A stretch of DNA of 64,000 bases. Origin: Gemmatales bacterium (GTDB lineage Bacteria > Planctomycetota > Planctomycetia > Gemmatales > HRBIN36). The notes under the pieces were generated by a model. That model saw only the letters and a list, made by a program, of their open reading frames with translations, was not told the origin of the DNA and did no database searches. The number at the start of each line of letters is the position of its first letter. The stretch's first letter is position 1. The stretch lies in assembly GCA_041640595.1 (NCBI GenBank), contig JBEPZY010000007.1:117611-181610 (forward strand), read 5' to 3'. Below, piece by piece: positions 10,555 to 21,439 of the stretch. Both the position numbers and the translations under genes were made by a program.

Positions 10555-12362
10555 AGCACATCTCCCTCGGCCGGCTGACAATCTTCCAGATACAGGATTT
10601 CCGCGAGTTCTTCGATTTCCGCCAGCTCACCTTCGTTTACAAGGCCGCGGTCTCGTGGAAGGCAGACAATCAGCCGTTTCGCACCGCCAGCGCTACCCGG
10701 CTGAACAGAATAGTAGCGGTCCAGGTAGCTCGGCTGCTCGAGGCAAGTGGCCCAGATACGCTGCAACGCATGACCCAGCCCGGTGGTCGCGCCGTTGATC
10801 GGCTCCAGGACCACCGTCAGTGTCAGGAACGGATTATGCTGGAGCAAACGTTTGATGCAGTGGCAAGCGTCTGGGGTATCGCGAGCCGGGTCTTGCGAGC
10901 GCAGCCAGAGCGTGAATACTTGCGTCACCTGCGGTGGCCAGGCCAGGTGATTCGGCAGCGGTAAATAAAACGCTGCCCAGTCTGCCGGTTGGTGCGGCGA
11001 AACGACCAGGGTGCCTAGTTGTTCTGGCCGCGAGGCTAGTAGCGCTGGCGGAAGTTTCGCATCGGGCAGGTCGTCCCACTGCAGCTCGAAAATAGCTGTG
11101 GCGTCCTCCCAGAGGCGAAACATCTCGGTCAATTCCAGTTGCGCCGTGCGGGTCACGTAGTATGGTGGTCGGGATTGAAACTTCAGTCCGAGGAGTTCTG
11201 CCTCGCGGCGGAAGTCGGTTCCAGGGAGCACCATCAAATGAAAAACCTGGACATCGTCATACATGCCGCTGCGTTTGAGGTATTCCATGCTTCGCCGCAC
11301 CGAGTCAGGAGTGTCGCCGGGCAAACCGATAATCAAGTCCACAATGACACGAATTCCCGCCCGGCGAAGGGCAGCCACGCCACGTTCAAAAGCCCGCAGG
11401 TTGTTATTGCGGTCCATCAAGCGCATGGTCCGAGGCTCGACCGACTGCAAGCCGACCTCCACCTCGGTGAAATTGGCCTGGCGGAGCAGTTGTGCGAGTT
11501 CGTCGGTAATCCCCTCTGCCCGCAACTCACCAAAGCACTTCCATTGACTGTCTGGGTTGGCTTCTGCCAGCAGGCGGAGCAAATCTGCTAAATCCCGCCG
11601 CTGGTTCAGCGTGGGGTCAAGCAACACGACTTCCTGAACCCCCTTCTGCCTGGCAACACGCAGGATGGCTCGCAGCGATTCCAGCGATAGAAAGTAAAGC
11701 CGGTCGTAGCTCTTCGGGTAATAACAGAACTTGCACTTGAATACGCAACCGCGCAGCGTCTCCAAGAGCAACATTCTGTCTTCGGCCGGATCGAGAATGC
11801 CCTCCACATACGGCGAGGCAACCAGGTCGAGCGATGGTAGGGGAGATCGGGGCAAGAAACCGCTCTGGGTACCGCAGCTGTGCCTGTTGACTACCAATCC
11901 GGGAATCGGTCGGTGCACTTCACGCTGGTGGGCGAGGTGGGCCAGCAATTCGACGAAGGTACCTTCACCTTCGCCGATGACCGCGTAGTCCACGGCCGGG
12001 TGTTGCAAAACCCACGCATTGTCCAGGGTAATTTCCGGTCCACCGACGAGAACGCGAAGGTCCGGTTCCAGCAGCTTCAATCGCTCGGCCAACCACAGGG
12101 AGCGCTCTACATTCCAGAGATAACAGGTGAAACCGACCAGCCAGGGTTGTCGCGACAGAATGGCCTCGACGAGAGCGACATCACCCAGGCGGTTGGTAAG
12201 CGAGGCCGGCAGGATTTCGATGTCGTACCACTGGTCCAACCCGCAACGTCGCGCATACAAACTCAGATACCCGGCCGCCAGCGGAACGTTACCGCGAATC
12301 GCTTGCGATCCCAGCGGCGGAATCGGTAATTGCAGCAGCAGTACCTTGCGCCGACCAGCCAT
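10542..12362 (-). CDS. B12-binding domain radical SAM protein
   Basis: N-terminal cobalamin-binding fold ([24 protein letters not shown]) and CxxxCxxC ([12 protein letters not shown]). TATAAT lies 9 nt upstream of ATG 12362. Confidence 0.9.
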   Translation of the reverse strand: MAGRRKVLLLQLPIPPLGSQAIRGNVPLAAGYLSLYARRCGLDQWYDIEILPASLTNRLGDVALVEAILSRQPWLVGFTCYLWNVERSLWLAERLKLLEPDLRVLVGGPEITLDNAWVLQHPAVDYAVIGEGEGTFVELLAHLAHQREVHRPIPGLVVNRHSCGTQSGFLPRSPLPSLDLVASPYVEGILDPAEDRMLLLETLRGCVFKCKFCYYPKSYDRLYFLSLESLRAILRVARQKGVQEVVLLDPTLNQRRDLADLLRLLAEANPDSQWKCFGELRAEGITDELAQLLRQANFTEVEVGLQSVEPRTMRLMDRNNNLRAFERGVAALRRAGIRVIVDLIIGLPGDTPDSVRRSMEYLKRSGMYDDVQVFHLMVLPGTDFRREAELLGLKFQSRPPYYVTRTAQLELTEMFRLWEDATAIFELQWDDLPDAKLPPALLASRPEQLGTLVVSPHQPADWAAFYLPLPNHLAWPPQVTQVFTLWLRSQDPARDTPDACHCIKRLLQHNPFLTLTVVLEPINGATTGLGHALQRIWATCLEQPSYLDRYYSVQPGSAGGAKRLIVCLPRDRGLVNEGELAEIEELAEILYLEDCQPAEGDVLCGR

Positions 12363-12815
12363 GTTTCTGGCATTATAGATGAACATCGCCCCGACATGCC
12401 TGGCTGCGCGACAAGTGCACCCACGCAGCGTCAGCATCACGGGTGGAAGCAACATGGTTGGATTTTGCTGCCGACATGCCGCTGCGTTGTTAGCAGCTTG
12501 CGGTTTCGTGGAGTGCGGAGCCTGGCCGGACAAGTTCGCCGGGTCAACCTCCGTTCCTGAGCAGGTCGCGGTTTCGCTGAACGTGAGTGGAGAGCGCGTG
12601 CAAACTCGCGGAACCTCTTGGCCCTGGCGAGGGCGCCGTTTCGCTGAATGCAAAGCCCGGCCGTGGACCCTTCGGGATTCCGTTCAGGCATTGGCTACGA
12701 AAGCGCCAAGCACGCAGTACGGTGTTGGAATCGTCGTGGCAGGATTCCCTACAGACATTCGCTACGAAGGCGAGCGGGGTCGCCGATAGTCATCCGTTCG
12801 GGTATAATTCAGGTG

Positions 12816-13406
12816 ATGTTGAACAGTGCAAACGATGCGAAAAATGCGAAAACTGTGAACGTCGAGAAGGGAGACTTGCCGCAACTCCTGGTACAGGTGG
12901 AACATCAGTTCGTGGAGTTGTGGGGCGATATGAGTTCGTGGTGGGGTGTCAGCCGGACTATGGCGGAAATCCACGGTTTGCTTTATATCACCGGCGAAGC
13001 GTTGAGCGCTGAGGAAATTCAGAAGCGGTTAGGCATCTCGAGGGGCAATGTCAGCATGAATATCCGGACTCTGGTGGAATGGGGACTGGTTCGCCGCGTT
13101 CGTAAGCGAGGCGATCGCCGGGAATATTTCCAGTCGGTAGCTGATGTGTGGGAAATGTTCACGGTGCTGGCCGCCCAGCGGAAACGCCGCGAAATTGATC
13201 CAGTGCTGCGCACGTTGCAGCAGTGCCGCGAACAGCTCAGTCCCGCCATGCTCGGGCAAGCCGCCAACGATCCGAAGGCCCGGCAGCGCCTGGAACGCAT
13301 CGAGAATCTGCTGGCGTTTTTGAAATTGCTGGAGCAGCTGGCCGAACGGTTTATCACCAGCCAGCGCGGTTTGCAAGCAGCTGTACAGCGGCTGACGGAG
13401 CAGTGA
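12816..13406 (+). CDS. GbsR/MarR-family transcriptional regulator
   Basis: WGDMSSWWGVSRTMAEIHGLLY, ISRGNVSMNIRTLVEWGLV, GDRREYF. Confidence 0.88.
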   Translation: MLNSANDAKNAKTVNVEKGDLPQLLVQVEHQFVELWGDMSSWWGVSRTMAEIHGLLYITGEALSAEEIQKRLGISRGNVSMNIRTLVEWGLVRRVRKRGDRREYFQSVADVWEMFTVLAAQRKRREIDPVLRTLQQCREQLSPAMLGQAANDPKARQRLERIENLLAFLKLLEQLAERFITSQRGLQAAVQRLTEQ

Positions 13407-13683
13407 GAAAATCGGTAGCGATCAGAGCCGCAAGAACGCTTTGTTCAGTCCAGCTGCGAGCAAAAAGGCCAGCGCTATCGAAAAATAGGCCGGAAAAATC
13501 GCAAATTTTTCCCTTTCCCTGTTGAAAGTCCCACAAATTTCGTTATTGTGTCTGGCAATCACACTGCCTCGGTGAGGCCGTGCGTGAGACGCGGTCGGGG
13601 TGAAGGGCTAGCGCTGGGAAATAGCACTTTCCCCCTGGAGGCAGAGAGGTCGTGTCTTCCCAGACCAACAGGAGGTGCATCTC

Positions 13684-14001
13684 ATGGCCAAAGCAGCCGC
13701 TGCCGGTCGCATGACCAAATCGCAGATCGCCGCCCACTTAGCCGAACGTGTCGGCATCACCAAAAAGCAGGCGGCCCAATGCCTGGAGGAATTGGTGCAA
13801 CTGATTTACAAGCAGGCCAAGAATGGCTTCGTCCTGCCGGGGCTGGGCAAAATCGAACTGCGCGAACGACCCGCTCGCAAAATGGTTATGCGGTTCGGCC
13901 CCAAAGCTGGTCAGGAAATCACGATTCCCAAGAAAAAGGTGCTCAAGTTCCGGTTCCTCAAGGCTGCCAAAGACGCCATTCTGGGTCCGGCCAAGAAGTA
14001 G
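13684..14001 (+). CDS. HU-family nucleoid-associated DNA-binding protein
   Basis: MTKSQIAAHLAE, FVLPGLGKI, RPARK, EITIPKKKVLKFR. GGAGGT RBS. Confidence 0.9.
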   Translation: MAKAAAAGRMTKSQIAAHLAERVGITKKQAAQCLEELVQLIYKQAKNGFVLPGLGKIELRERPARKMVMRFGPKAGQEITIPKKKVLKFRFLKAAKDAILGPAKK

Positions 14002-14052
14002 AATGGTGCTCCGTTCTAGAGTTTCATAGCAAACAGCAACGCTAGCCGTGTA

Positions 14053-14091
14053 GCCGGGCCGGGAGCATATTCCGGCTCGGCCTATGATTTT
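14053..14091 (+). terminator. Probable intrinsic terminator after the HU gene
   Basis: GCCGGGCCGGGA-GCATA-TTCCGGCTCGGC 12-bp stem followed by a weak T-tract. Confidence 0.55.
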
Positions 14092-14167
14092 GTGCAAGAA
14101 GCGAAAAACGCACCGGCGAAACCGCTGCCGCCGCTAAACTGTCCGGCAGAACAATGCGAGGCGTCCG

Positions 14168-14746
14168 ATGCTCGAAAACATTCGCGGTCCTGCTTATGTG
14201 CTGGGCGACAACATTGACACCGACCAGATCATTCCCGCCCAGTACCTGATGTACAATCCCGCGATTCCGGAAGAGTACCGCATGTTTGGCAAATATGCGC
14301 TTTCTGGCGTCCCGGCAGCGCAGGCGGGTTTGCCACACGGCCATGTTCCTTTCCACACGCCGGAGGATGAGTTTGTCTCGCCCTATCGGGTGATCGTCGC
14401 GGGTCGCAATTTCGGTTGCGGCTCTTCGCGGGAACATGCGCCGATCGCTCTGAACGCGGCCGGTGTGCGTGCTGTGGTTGCGGAATTCTTCGCGCGTATC
14501 TTCTACCGCAATGCGGTCAATGGCGGATATCTGATTCCGTTTGAATCCGCCGAACGCTTGGTGGAAAAAATCCGCACCGGCGACGACGTGGAAGTGGATG
14601 TGTCGAACGCACGGCTGATCAACCACAGCACCGGCCAGGTTTACGCCTTGAAGCCGCTGGGCGATATTGCTCCGATTCTGGCCGCGGGTGGATTATTTGC
14701 CTACGCCCGTCAGGCCGGTTTGCTTCCTGCCACAACCTCGCCATGA
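14168..14746 (+). CDS. leuD: 3-isopropylmalate dehydratase small subunit
   Basis: [43 protein letters not shown]. Confidence 0.88.
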   Translation: MLENIRGPAYVLGDNIDTDQIIPAQYLMYNPAIPEEYRMFGKYALSGVPAAQAGLPHGHVPFHTPEDEFVSPYRVIVAGRNFGCGSSREHAPIALNAAGVRAVVAEFFARIFYRNAVNGGYLIPFESAERLVEKIRTGDDVEVDVSNARLINHSTGQVYALKPLGDIAPILAAGGLFAYARQAGLLPATTSP

Positions 14747-15075
14747 GCAGTACCGTCCACCAGCCGCGCTGGATTCGCCGCATCTGGCGTAACTGGCGTG
14801 AGCGCCACCGCCAGCCGATCAACTTTCTCCTGCACCTGATCGGTATTCCCATGACTGTTGCGGCGTTGCCTTGCCTGGTGCTGGCGTGGTGGACAGGCTG
14901 GGCGATCTGGCTGGCGCTGGCACTTCTTGTCGGTGGCTACGTCTTGCAATTCATCGGCCACGCTCTCGAAGGTAACGATCCCGGCGAGGTGATTTTAGTC
15001 AAACGCTGGCTGGGTTTGCCTTACACGGCCATTGCACCATCTCAGCGATCCGGCAGCGCTTCGCCGCAGCAGTGA
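14743..15075 (+). CDS. DUF962/Mpo1-like small membrane protein
   Basis: H.QPINFLLHLIGIP...LQFIGHALEGNDP. ATGA overlap with the leuD stop. Confidence 0.8.
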   Translation: MSSTVHQPRWIRRIWRNWRERHRQPINFLLHLIGIPMTVAALPCLVLAWWTGWAIWLALALLVGGYVLQFIGHALEGNDPGEVILVKRWLGLPYTAIAPSQRSGSASPQQ

Positions 15076-15088
15076 CGGGACTGGCGTC

Positions 15089-16489
15089 TCAATCGAACAA
15101 CTCGTGCACGACCCGCCCGTGTGTCAGTAACTGTTGCCGACCCTGGCGATCAACGATCGGCATATCGAGGGGCACGCCCATGGCGTAGTACAATGTGGCG
15201 ATCAAATCCTGCGGGCTGATCGGCTTCTCGGTTGGATAAGCGGCAAACCTGTCGGATTGCCCGACCACTTTTCCGCCTGCGATGCCGCCGCCAGCCAGCA
15301 GAATGCTGTAGCAATAAGGCCAGTGATCGCGACCGGTGGCGTCGGTGCCAGCGTTGGCTGTAACTTGGCCCAATCGGGGTGTGCGCCCGAATTCTCCCAT
15401 GCTGATCACCAACGTCGTCGCCAGTAAACCGCGTTGATGCAAGTCCTCCAGCAATGCCGACAAACACTGGTCGAATTGCGGTAAGAGCTTTTCCTTCTGC
15501 TCAGCGAAATTGCGACGGTGCGTGTCCCAATAGGGATCGGGGGCATTGAGGGCGCCGCCCCAATACACGGTGACCATGCGTACGCCCGCTTCCACCAGAC
15601 GCCGTGCCAGCAATAACGCCTGTCCCCAGCGATGGCGACCGTAGCGCTCGCGCACGGCCTGGGGTTCTTCGTGCAGATGAAATGCTCGCCGGGCCTGCGA
15701 CGAACCGAGCAACTCGTAAGCCCGCCGGTAATAAATATCCATGCGGGCGACGTGCTCGGATTCCGTCAGCCGTGCCAGCTGCCGATCCACCTGCTGCAAT
15801 AAAGTGCGGCGCTGTTGCAAACGTGGCCAGTCGAGTTCGGCAGGCAAACTCAATTCCGGCACATCGAGTCGATCCTGGTTCGGATTTTCATGGAACAGAA
15901 ACGGGTCGTAACGCGGCCCGAGCCAACCCGCATTCTGGCCAGGCAGGTGAACGTTGCCATCGCCCACCAGCGTTTCGGAAATCTGCACGAATGCCGGTAA
16001 GGCACTGCGTGTCGGCCGGAATTTTGCCAGTACCGCACCCGGATTGGGATAATCTTCCGCGCTGGCTTTGAAAGCGACGACATCCCGATCGGGGGCCACG
16101 CCGCTCAACGCATAATACCCAGCGGGATTGTGGTTGGTAACTCGGTGCGTCATGGAACGCACCAGGGTAAAGCGATGGGCCAGTCTGGCCAGCTGCGGCA
16201 GATGTTCGCAGATTTGCAGTCCCGGAACGCTTGTCGGTATCGGACGAAACTCACCGCGAATGTTCTCCGGCGCTGCCGGTTTCATGTCGAAAGTGTCCAG
16301 CTGGCTTTGCCCACCTTGCAAAAACAACAGAATGCAAGCTTTGGCCCGCGCCGGGATATTTTCGTTTTCTGCCTCAGCGCGTAAAAGGTCCGCCAGTGTC
16401 AACGCGCTGCCAATCGCGCCAACCCGCAGCCACTCCCGACGAGTCATTCCTTCGCACAGTTTCGCCGAGACCGTCGAGATTCCGATCAT
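15089..16489 (-). CDS. DUF1501 domain protein
   Basis: TRREWL, LQGGQSQLDTFDMKP, GEFGRTP, GRDHWP. Confidence 0.93.
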   Translation of the reverse strand: MIGISTVSAKLCEGMTRREWLRVGAIGSALTLADLLRAEAENENIPARAKACILLFLQGGQSQLDTFDMKPAAPENIRGEFRPIPTSVPGLQICEHLPQLARLAHRFTLVRSMTHRVTNHNPAGYYALSGVAPDRDVVAFKASAEDYPNPGAVLAKFRPTRSALPAFVQISETLVGDGNVHLPGQNAGWLGPRYDPFLFHENPNQDRLDVPELSLPAELDWPRLQQRRTLLQQVDRQLARLTESEHVARMDIYYRRAYELLGSSQARRAFHLHEEPQAVRERYGRHRWGQALLLARRLVEAGVRMVTVYWGGALNAPDPYWDTHRRNFAEQKEKLLPQFDQCLSALLEDLHQRGLLATTLVISMGEFGRTPRLGQVTANAGTDATGRDHWPYCYSILLAGGGIAGGKVVGQSDRFAAYPTEKPISPQDLIATLYYAMGVPLDMPIVDRQGRQQLLTHGRVVHELFD

Positions 16490-16616
16490 GCCTGGCCCCC
16501 ATTACTGCTGCTATTTTACGAGCAAATGGATAGCCACGACAAACGGCGAACTCGTCGCTTTTTGGGAAACAGCCGCGCCGCAGTCTCCGCACCGACGGCG
16601 AATGAATGGGTGTTGT

Positions 16617-16997
16617 TCAGTCTGGGAATTCCTGGTCGGCTTGTTCGGGATGTCGTTGCCGCCAGTGCGTTTCGCAGTAACGGTAGCGGCGGCGGAATAG
16701 CGGAATCAAGCCAAGCCAGCGATACCAATCCAGCTCTTCGGCGACGGCAGCCCGACCGCAGAGATGGCAATTCCAAACTATACCGCTGGCATCGCGCAAC
16801 ACGCGATGTTTCCAGCGGCGGTGATGGGCTTCAATTTCTTCCGGGGTGATCCCCCGGCGAGCCAATTCCGCTTCGGCGATTTCCACCGCTTCCGGTTCCA
16901 GGTGGTCGCGAAGCACGGTAACACGGTCGAGTAATTCCAGCGTGTCGGCACGTGCCGCATTGGCCAGCAGCCGCTGCGGGTTCAGTTTCAACACCAT
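16617..16997 (-). CDS. Hypothetical protein with possible Zn-binding motif
   Basis: Clean ORF divergent from the SDR gene; CHLC...LGLIPLF...YCETH. Confidence 0.7.
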   Translation of the reverse strand: MVLKLNPQRLLANAARADTLELLDRVTVLRDHLEPEAVEIAEAELARRGITPEEIEAHHRRWKHRVLRDASGIVWNCHLCGRAAVAEELDWYRWLGLIPLFRRRYRYCETHWRQRHPEQADQEFPD

Positions 16998-17133
16998 CGG
17001 CGTCGCCTGTTTGCATTTTCACCAAAGTCGCTAAGGTTTTTCACGACCATTGGCAGGGCCGTCCGTGTTTTTGTACTGTAAGCCAGAGCTAGTAACCAGG
17101 CAGAAACCAGCAAATATTCCGGAGTGAACGCAG

Positions 17134-17871
17134 ATGACCTCGAAAGTTGCACTGGTAACCGGCTCGGCAACGGGAATTGGTCGGGCATCGGCGATTCGCC
17201 TGGCCCAGCAGGGTTTTGCCGTGGCTGTCAATTACTCCCGCTCCGCTCAGGAAGCCGAAGAAACACTGCACGAGGTACAAAAGCACGGCGTACCTGGCCT
17301 GTTGATTCGTGCCAACGTCGCCCGCGACGACGAAGTTCGGCAGATGGTCGAACGTATCGTCCAGGAATGGGGTCGCGTGGACGTGCTCGTGAACAACGCC
17401 GGCACCACACGCTTTATTGACCATCGCCAGCTCGACGCCTTGACCGAGGAAGTGTGGGACGAAATTCTTGGCGTCAATCTCAAGGGAGCGTTTTATTGTT
17501 GCCGGGCCGTCATCCCGCACATGCTGGCCAAAGACGGAGGCGCCATTGTCAACGTCAGTTCGGTGGCCGGTATTGTCGGAATTGGCAGTTCCATTCCCTA
17601 CGCAGCCAGTAAGGGAGCGCTGAACACCATGACCAAATCACTGGCGCGTGCCTTCGCTCCGAAAATTCGCGTGAATGCTGTCGCTCCCGGGCCGGTGCTG
17701 ACTCGCTGGCTGGCGGATCACATGGATCATGTCGAGCGTCAGCTCGCATTCACGCCCATGCAACGCGCCGCTACTCCCGACGATGTGGCCGAGGTCATCT
17801 GTTTTCTGGCGACCGGCACCAGTTACCTCACCGGACAAGTGATCGTCGTGGACGGTGGGCGAACCATGTAA
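17134..17871 (+). CDS. SDR family NAD(P)-dependent oxidoreductase
   Basis: TGSATGIG, NNAG, YAASKG, VNAVAPG. Confidence 0.95.
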   Translation: MTSKVALVTGSATGIGRASAIRLAQQGFAVAVNYSRSAQEAEETLHEVQKHGVPGLLIRANVARDDEVRQMVERIVQEWGRVDVLVNNAGTTRFIDHRQLDALTEEVWDEILGVNLKGAFYCCRAVIPHMLAKDGGAIVNVSSVAGIVGIGSSIPYAASKGALNTMTKSLARAFAPKIRVNAVAPGPVLTRWLADHMDHVERQLAFTPMQRAATPDDVAEVICFLATGTSYLTGQVIVVDGGRTM

Positions 17872-18080
17872 CCTTGTTCGAGGAACGCAGTGGGCGGCAA
17901 TTGTTTGAACCGTGTAAACTTGTCCGCGGAAACGGTGCGCAACGAATGGCACATGGCCGGGCCATGAAAGTTTTTCGCGGAAACACGACCTAGCTCTGGC
18001 AACTGTGCGATTCAAAAGCGAAACCAGTAAGCCGCCGTTCTATTCGCGGAGCGCCACCCGGCCTTATCCGTTTCGGCGAT

Positions 18081-19418
18081 TTATTGCCACAACTCTTCGA
18101 GGAATCGAGCGCCGGGAAGCAGGACGTTCAGTTCGTTGCGTTTCTGCGAGCTGATGCCCAGCGTCTCCAGAATGGTCAGGCCGATCATGGCCGGCGTAAT
18201 CGGCTCGGTAATCGGTTCTTCGCCGCGTTTGTCACTTTCGCCGATCACCCGACCACCGGGGATACCGGCACCGGCCCAGATGGAGAAATAAACGTTAGGC
18301 CAGTGATCGCGGCTGGCCTGGGCGTTGATTTTGGGTGTGCGGCCAAACTCACCCATGCAAATGACCAGCGTTTCCTGGAGTAAACCTCGGGCCTGCATAT
18401 CCGCCAGCAGGGTTGGAAACGCCCGGTCGAAAATCGGACATAAACGGTCGGCTAATAGCTCAAAATTGTAAATGTGCGTATCCCAGCCGAAATCGCAGTT
18501 CGGCGTCATGGCTTCGACATACTGGCTCCAGTTGACCTGGACATAGGGCACACCCGCTTCGATGAGCCGTCGGGCCAGCAGACAGCTCTGACCAAACGCC
18601 GTGTAGCCGTAAGCTTCTCGCAGCTGGGCGGGTTCTTGCGAAAGATCGAGAGCTTTGCGCGCCGCTGGCGAGGTGAGCAACTCGTAGGCCCGTCGGTACA
18701 CCGCATCCCATTGCTCCAGTGGCCCGCTTTCCACCCGGCGACGAAGTTGGTCGAGTTCGCGCAGCAAACGTTGCCGATTCTCCAGATGTTGCGGCGTCAA
18801 ACCTTCCAGCAAACGCAGGTGTGGAATATCCACCTCGCCCGTCTCGAAACAGTTCACCAGGAACGGATCGTACACATGCCCCCAGTTGCCGCCACCGTAA
18901 CCTTTCATGATGCCGACAACATCGCGGGGGTTGCCACGACCAATGGCAATGAACGGTGGCAGCTGTCGCGGCCCACGTGCCCGCGCCACGATGGAGCCGA
19001 AGTTCGGCTGCACTCCGGTCGCACCTTCCAAACTCCCGGTCAGCGCACAGGTACCCGCTTCCAGGTGGCCACTGTGGAAGTTCTTATTGGAGCGCACCAG
19101 AGTAAAAAGATGACTATGGTTGGCCAGACGCGGCAGCAATTCGGTGAAGCGAACTCCCGGCGTGCGTGTGGGAATGGTGGCGAACGGCCCGCGATATTCT
19201 GCCGGCGCGTCCGGTTTGGGATCGCAGGTATCCAGATGGCTCGGCGCGCCCCACAGCCAGACCAGCAGCACCGAGCGCGCTTTGGCCGTCTCGCTTGCCT
19301 GCACATCGAGGGCGCCACCTAACGCCAGCGCCAGAGGACTGGCCAGGCCCGCTTGCAAAAACGCTCGCCGGCTCATGCCACCGCAGTCTCGCGCTAAAAA
19401 GCTGCCCACCTGCAACAT
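18081..19418 (-). CDS. DUF1501 domain protein
   Basis: SRRAFL, WGAPSHLDTCDPKP, WDTH, GEFGRTPKIN, RDHWP. Confidence 0.93.
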   Translation of the reverse strand: MLQVGSFLARDCGGMSRRAFLQAGLASPLALALGGALDVQASETAKARSVLLVWLWGAPSHLDTCDPKPDAPAEYRGPFATIPTRTPGVRFTELLPRLANHSHLFTLVRSNKNFHSGHLEAGTCALTGSLEGATGVQPNFGSIVARARGPRQLPPFIAIGRGNPRDVVGIMKGYGGGNWGHVYDPFLVNCFETGEVDIPHLRLLEGLTPQHLENRQRLLRELDQLRRRVESGPLEQWDAVYRRAYELLTSPAARKALDLSQEPAQLREAYGYTAFGQSCLLARRLIEAGVPYVQVNWSQYVEAMTPNCDFGWDTHIYNFELLADRLCPIFDRAFPTLLADMQARGLLQETLVICMGEFGRTPKINAQASRDHWPNVYFSIWAGAGIPGGRVIGESDKRGEEPITEPITPAMIGLTILETLGISSQKRNELNVLLPGARFLEELWQ

Positions 19419-19566
19419 GACATTTCCCTCGCTTTTTGCAGCCGTCTCTGCTCGGCGCCCATGACCACCTTTTATTGTCGGCAATTGCATCGTCAACGGC
19501 AAGAGAAACTTAGCCGGTCGGCTCGGGCCTTTAACCGGTGTCCAGCAAAATTTTTTGCATCACCCC

Positions 19567-19596
19567 TTGACGTACTCGTACCCGCTTTTGTAAAAA
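19567..19596 (+). promoter_or_regulatory. Putative sigma70-type promoter for DUF1559 gene 1
   Basis: TTGACG-N18-TAAAAA with an upstream T-tract; the -10 element is weak. Confidence 0.35.
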
Positions 19597-19729
19597 GACT
19601 ATTAGAAATCGGTTAATCAGCGGCCAATCGCTACATACCTGCGCAATCGGAGCAGGTGCCATGACATTTTCGAGCGTCAAAACGTTGATGTGCGGGGTTC
19701 GCCAGGATAAACCCATTGTGCGCGAAAAA

Positions 19730-19935
19730 CGGGTCTGGTGTGGGGCCAGACTCGATTACATTTCCAGGTATTTTTCACACGTGGAGGGCCTCTCTATGCG
19801 TCGCAGAAGCTCTTTGCTTTCCCGGCGGGGATTTACGCTGATCGAACTGCTGGTGGTCATTGCGATTATCGGGCTATTGATGGCCTTACTTTTACCGGCC
19901 ATCCAGCGTGTCCGCGAAGCCGCTAACCGTATGCG
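19730..19935 (+). repeat. 206-bp 5' module, copy 1 (leader plus pilin N-terminus)
   Basis: Aligns ungapped to 21440-21645 and 22862-23067; 12 mismatches versus copy 3 by manual count. Confidence 0.95.
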
Positions 19936-20890
19936 CTGTCAGAACAATCTGACCCAGATAGCCTTGGCCTGCCATAATCATCACAATGATTACAAGGTCT
20001 TTCCGACGGCAGGGATTTGGTGGAATTGGCCGTGGGTATATCGCAATGGCGTGCCAACTGCCGCCCCCCATCAGAACAGGAGTTTTCTCTTTCAAATCCT
20101 GCCGTACATGGAGTACAAGGATGTCTGGGCGTTAGGGCCTGGCCAGGAGGGAAGAGTAATCGGCACGGTCATTCCAACCTATTACTGTCCAAGCCGTCGC
20201 GCACCTGAGCCGGGTCCGCCGGTTGGCAACTGGGGCCAGGCGAACTGGATTGACATTGGCACCATGCAATCGGGTTCCACTGTGATATCGTCTTGGCGGC
20301 CTGGGAAGAATGATTACGCTAATCCATCCTCGTATGGCCCTATAACGCTGGGTGGCGTAACGTGCAATCCTTGCTGGCCCTGGGTTTGGTGGGGGTATGA
20401 ACGCACCCCCATTCTCTGCTTCGGGGGCTATGGCGATTTGAACCGGGCTAATGGTAGCCAGCCATGGCAGGAGAACTTGGAATACGCCGTCAGCCTGGAT
20501 GGCGGAGTCCGGGATGGTACCAACAATACCATCTTGGTAGCGGAGAAGTTTTTGCGGCCTGCGTGCTATCAGGCGAACTGCTACTACGACAATGAGGGTT
20601 ATGGAGGAGGTTGGGACAACGACACCGGGCCGCTGGTAGTTTTCCCCACGGACACCAATGGCTGGGCCAGGGTTCGGCCTATTCAGGACACAGACCTTCC
20701 GCCTATTGGACAATGGCCAGATGGGCAGGAAGGAAACCGTTTTGGATCGGCACATCCGAATTCTTTCAACGCAGTTTTCGCTGACCGCAGCGTTCGCCGG
20801 ATTCGCTACACCATCGATCTCAACTTGCTCGCAGCCTTGGTAAACCGAATGGACGGCTTGTCCATCGTTGATTGGACAGGGGTCGAGTAA
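19796..20890 (+). CDS. DUF1559 prepilin-type N-terminal cleavage/methylation domain protein 1
   Basis: [77 protein letters not shown]. Confidence 0.93.
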   Translation: MRRRSSLLSRRGFTLIELLVVIAIIGLLMALLLPAIQRVREAANRMRCQNNLTQIALACHNHHNDYKVFPTAGIWWNWPWVYRNGVPTAAPHQNRSFLFQILPYMEYKDVWALGPGQEGRVIGTVIPTYYCPSRRAPEPGPPVGNWGQANWIDIGTMQSGSTVISSWRPGKNDYANPSSYGPITLGGVTCNPCWPWVWWGYERTPILCFGGYGDLNRANGSQPWQENLEYAVSLDGGVRDGTNNTILVAEKFLRPACYQANCYYDNEGYGGGWDNDTGPLVVFPTDTNGWARVRPIQDTDLPPIGQWPDGQEGNRFGSAHPNSFNAVFADRSVRRIRYTIDLNLLAALVNRMDGLSIVDWTGVE

Positions 20891-21265
20891 CTGATACAGC
20901 AAACCGCTGCTTAGAATGGGCTTGCAGCAGTAAACTTGTGCAAAGGCGAAGAATGCAAGGCCGCTGGTTATAGGGGCTAGCTTTGGTAACTAGCTTTCGT
21001 AACGGTAGCCTTGCACGCGTGTCGCTTACTGATCCTCGACAATCTCAGCGAGGGAAGCGCTGGTCTTCCGGTAACCTTGGTTGTAATATGTGCTGAGTGT
21101 TGTCCGCGTGTGTCGTTAGGGTAGCAAGCAACTAATGGCCGGGGTCGTCCGGACAGCTGTGAGGATCCGTCCACGCTGCAGCTGCACCGAACCGACACAG
21201 CTATCCTACAGTCCCTTGCGGCACTCCGTGCCAGCTCGCTCTGCATCAGTGGTCGGGATTTTTTC

Positions 21266-21294
21266 TTGACTGAGCAATGGGTCCTGAACATAAT
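21266..21294 (+). promoter_or_regulatory. Putative sigma70-type promoter for DUF1559 gene 2
   Basis: TTGACT-N17-CATAAT preceded by a T-tract. Confidence 0.6.
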
Positions 21295-21439
21295 AGCAGG
21301 CATCAGAGAGTGAGAATGGAGGATGACAGCCTGCAGGCAAGGGGAATGGCTATTGGCTGAGGCGGGCGCGATCGGTACTGTAACGGCTAAGTCATGGCGA
21401 AGCGTGCTTCGCCCGAGCATTCTTTTTGCGCGTCAAAAG

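Noticed and set aside
9586..10578. Long antisense ORFs (also 18474-19322, 24978-25859, 47981-48898, 55914-56822, 59223-60167)
   Set aside because: Shadows of well-supported genes on the opposite strand; expected in GC-rich DNA.
12363..12800. Cobalamin riboswitch upstream of the B12 radical SAM gene
   Set aside because: Conserved B12-box and core motifs were not found on the minus strand.
20977..21002. 13-bp tandem duplication CTAGCTTT(G/C)GTAA
   Set aside because: Only two copies with no context suggesting function.
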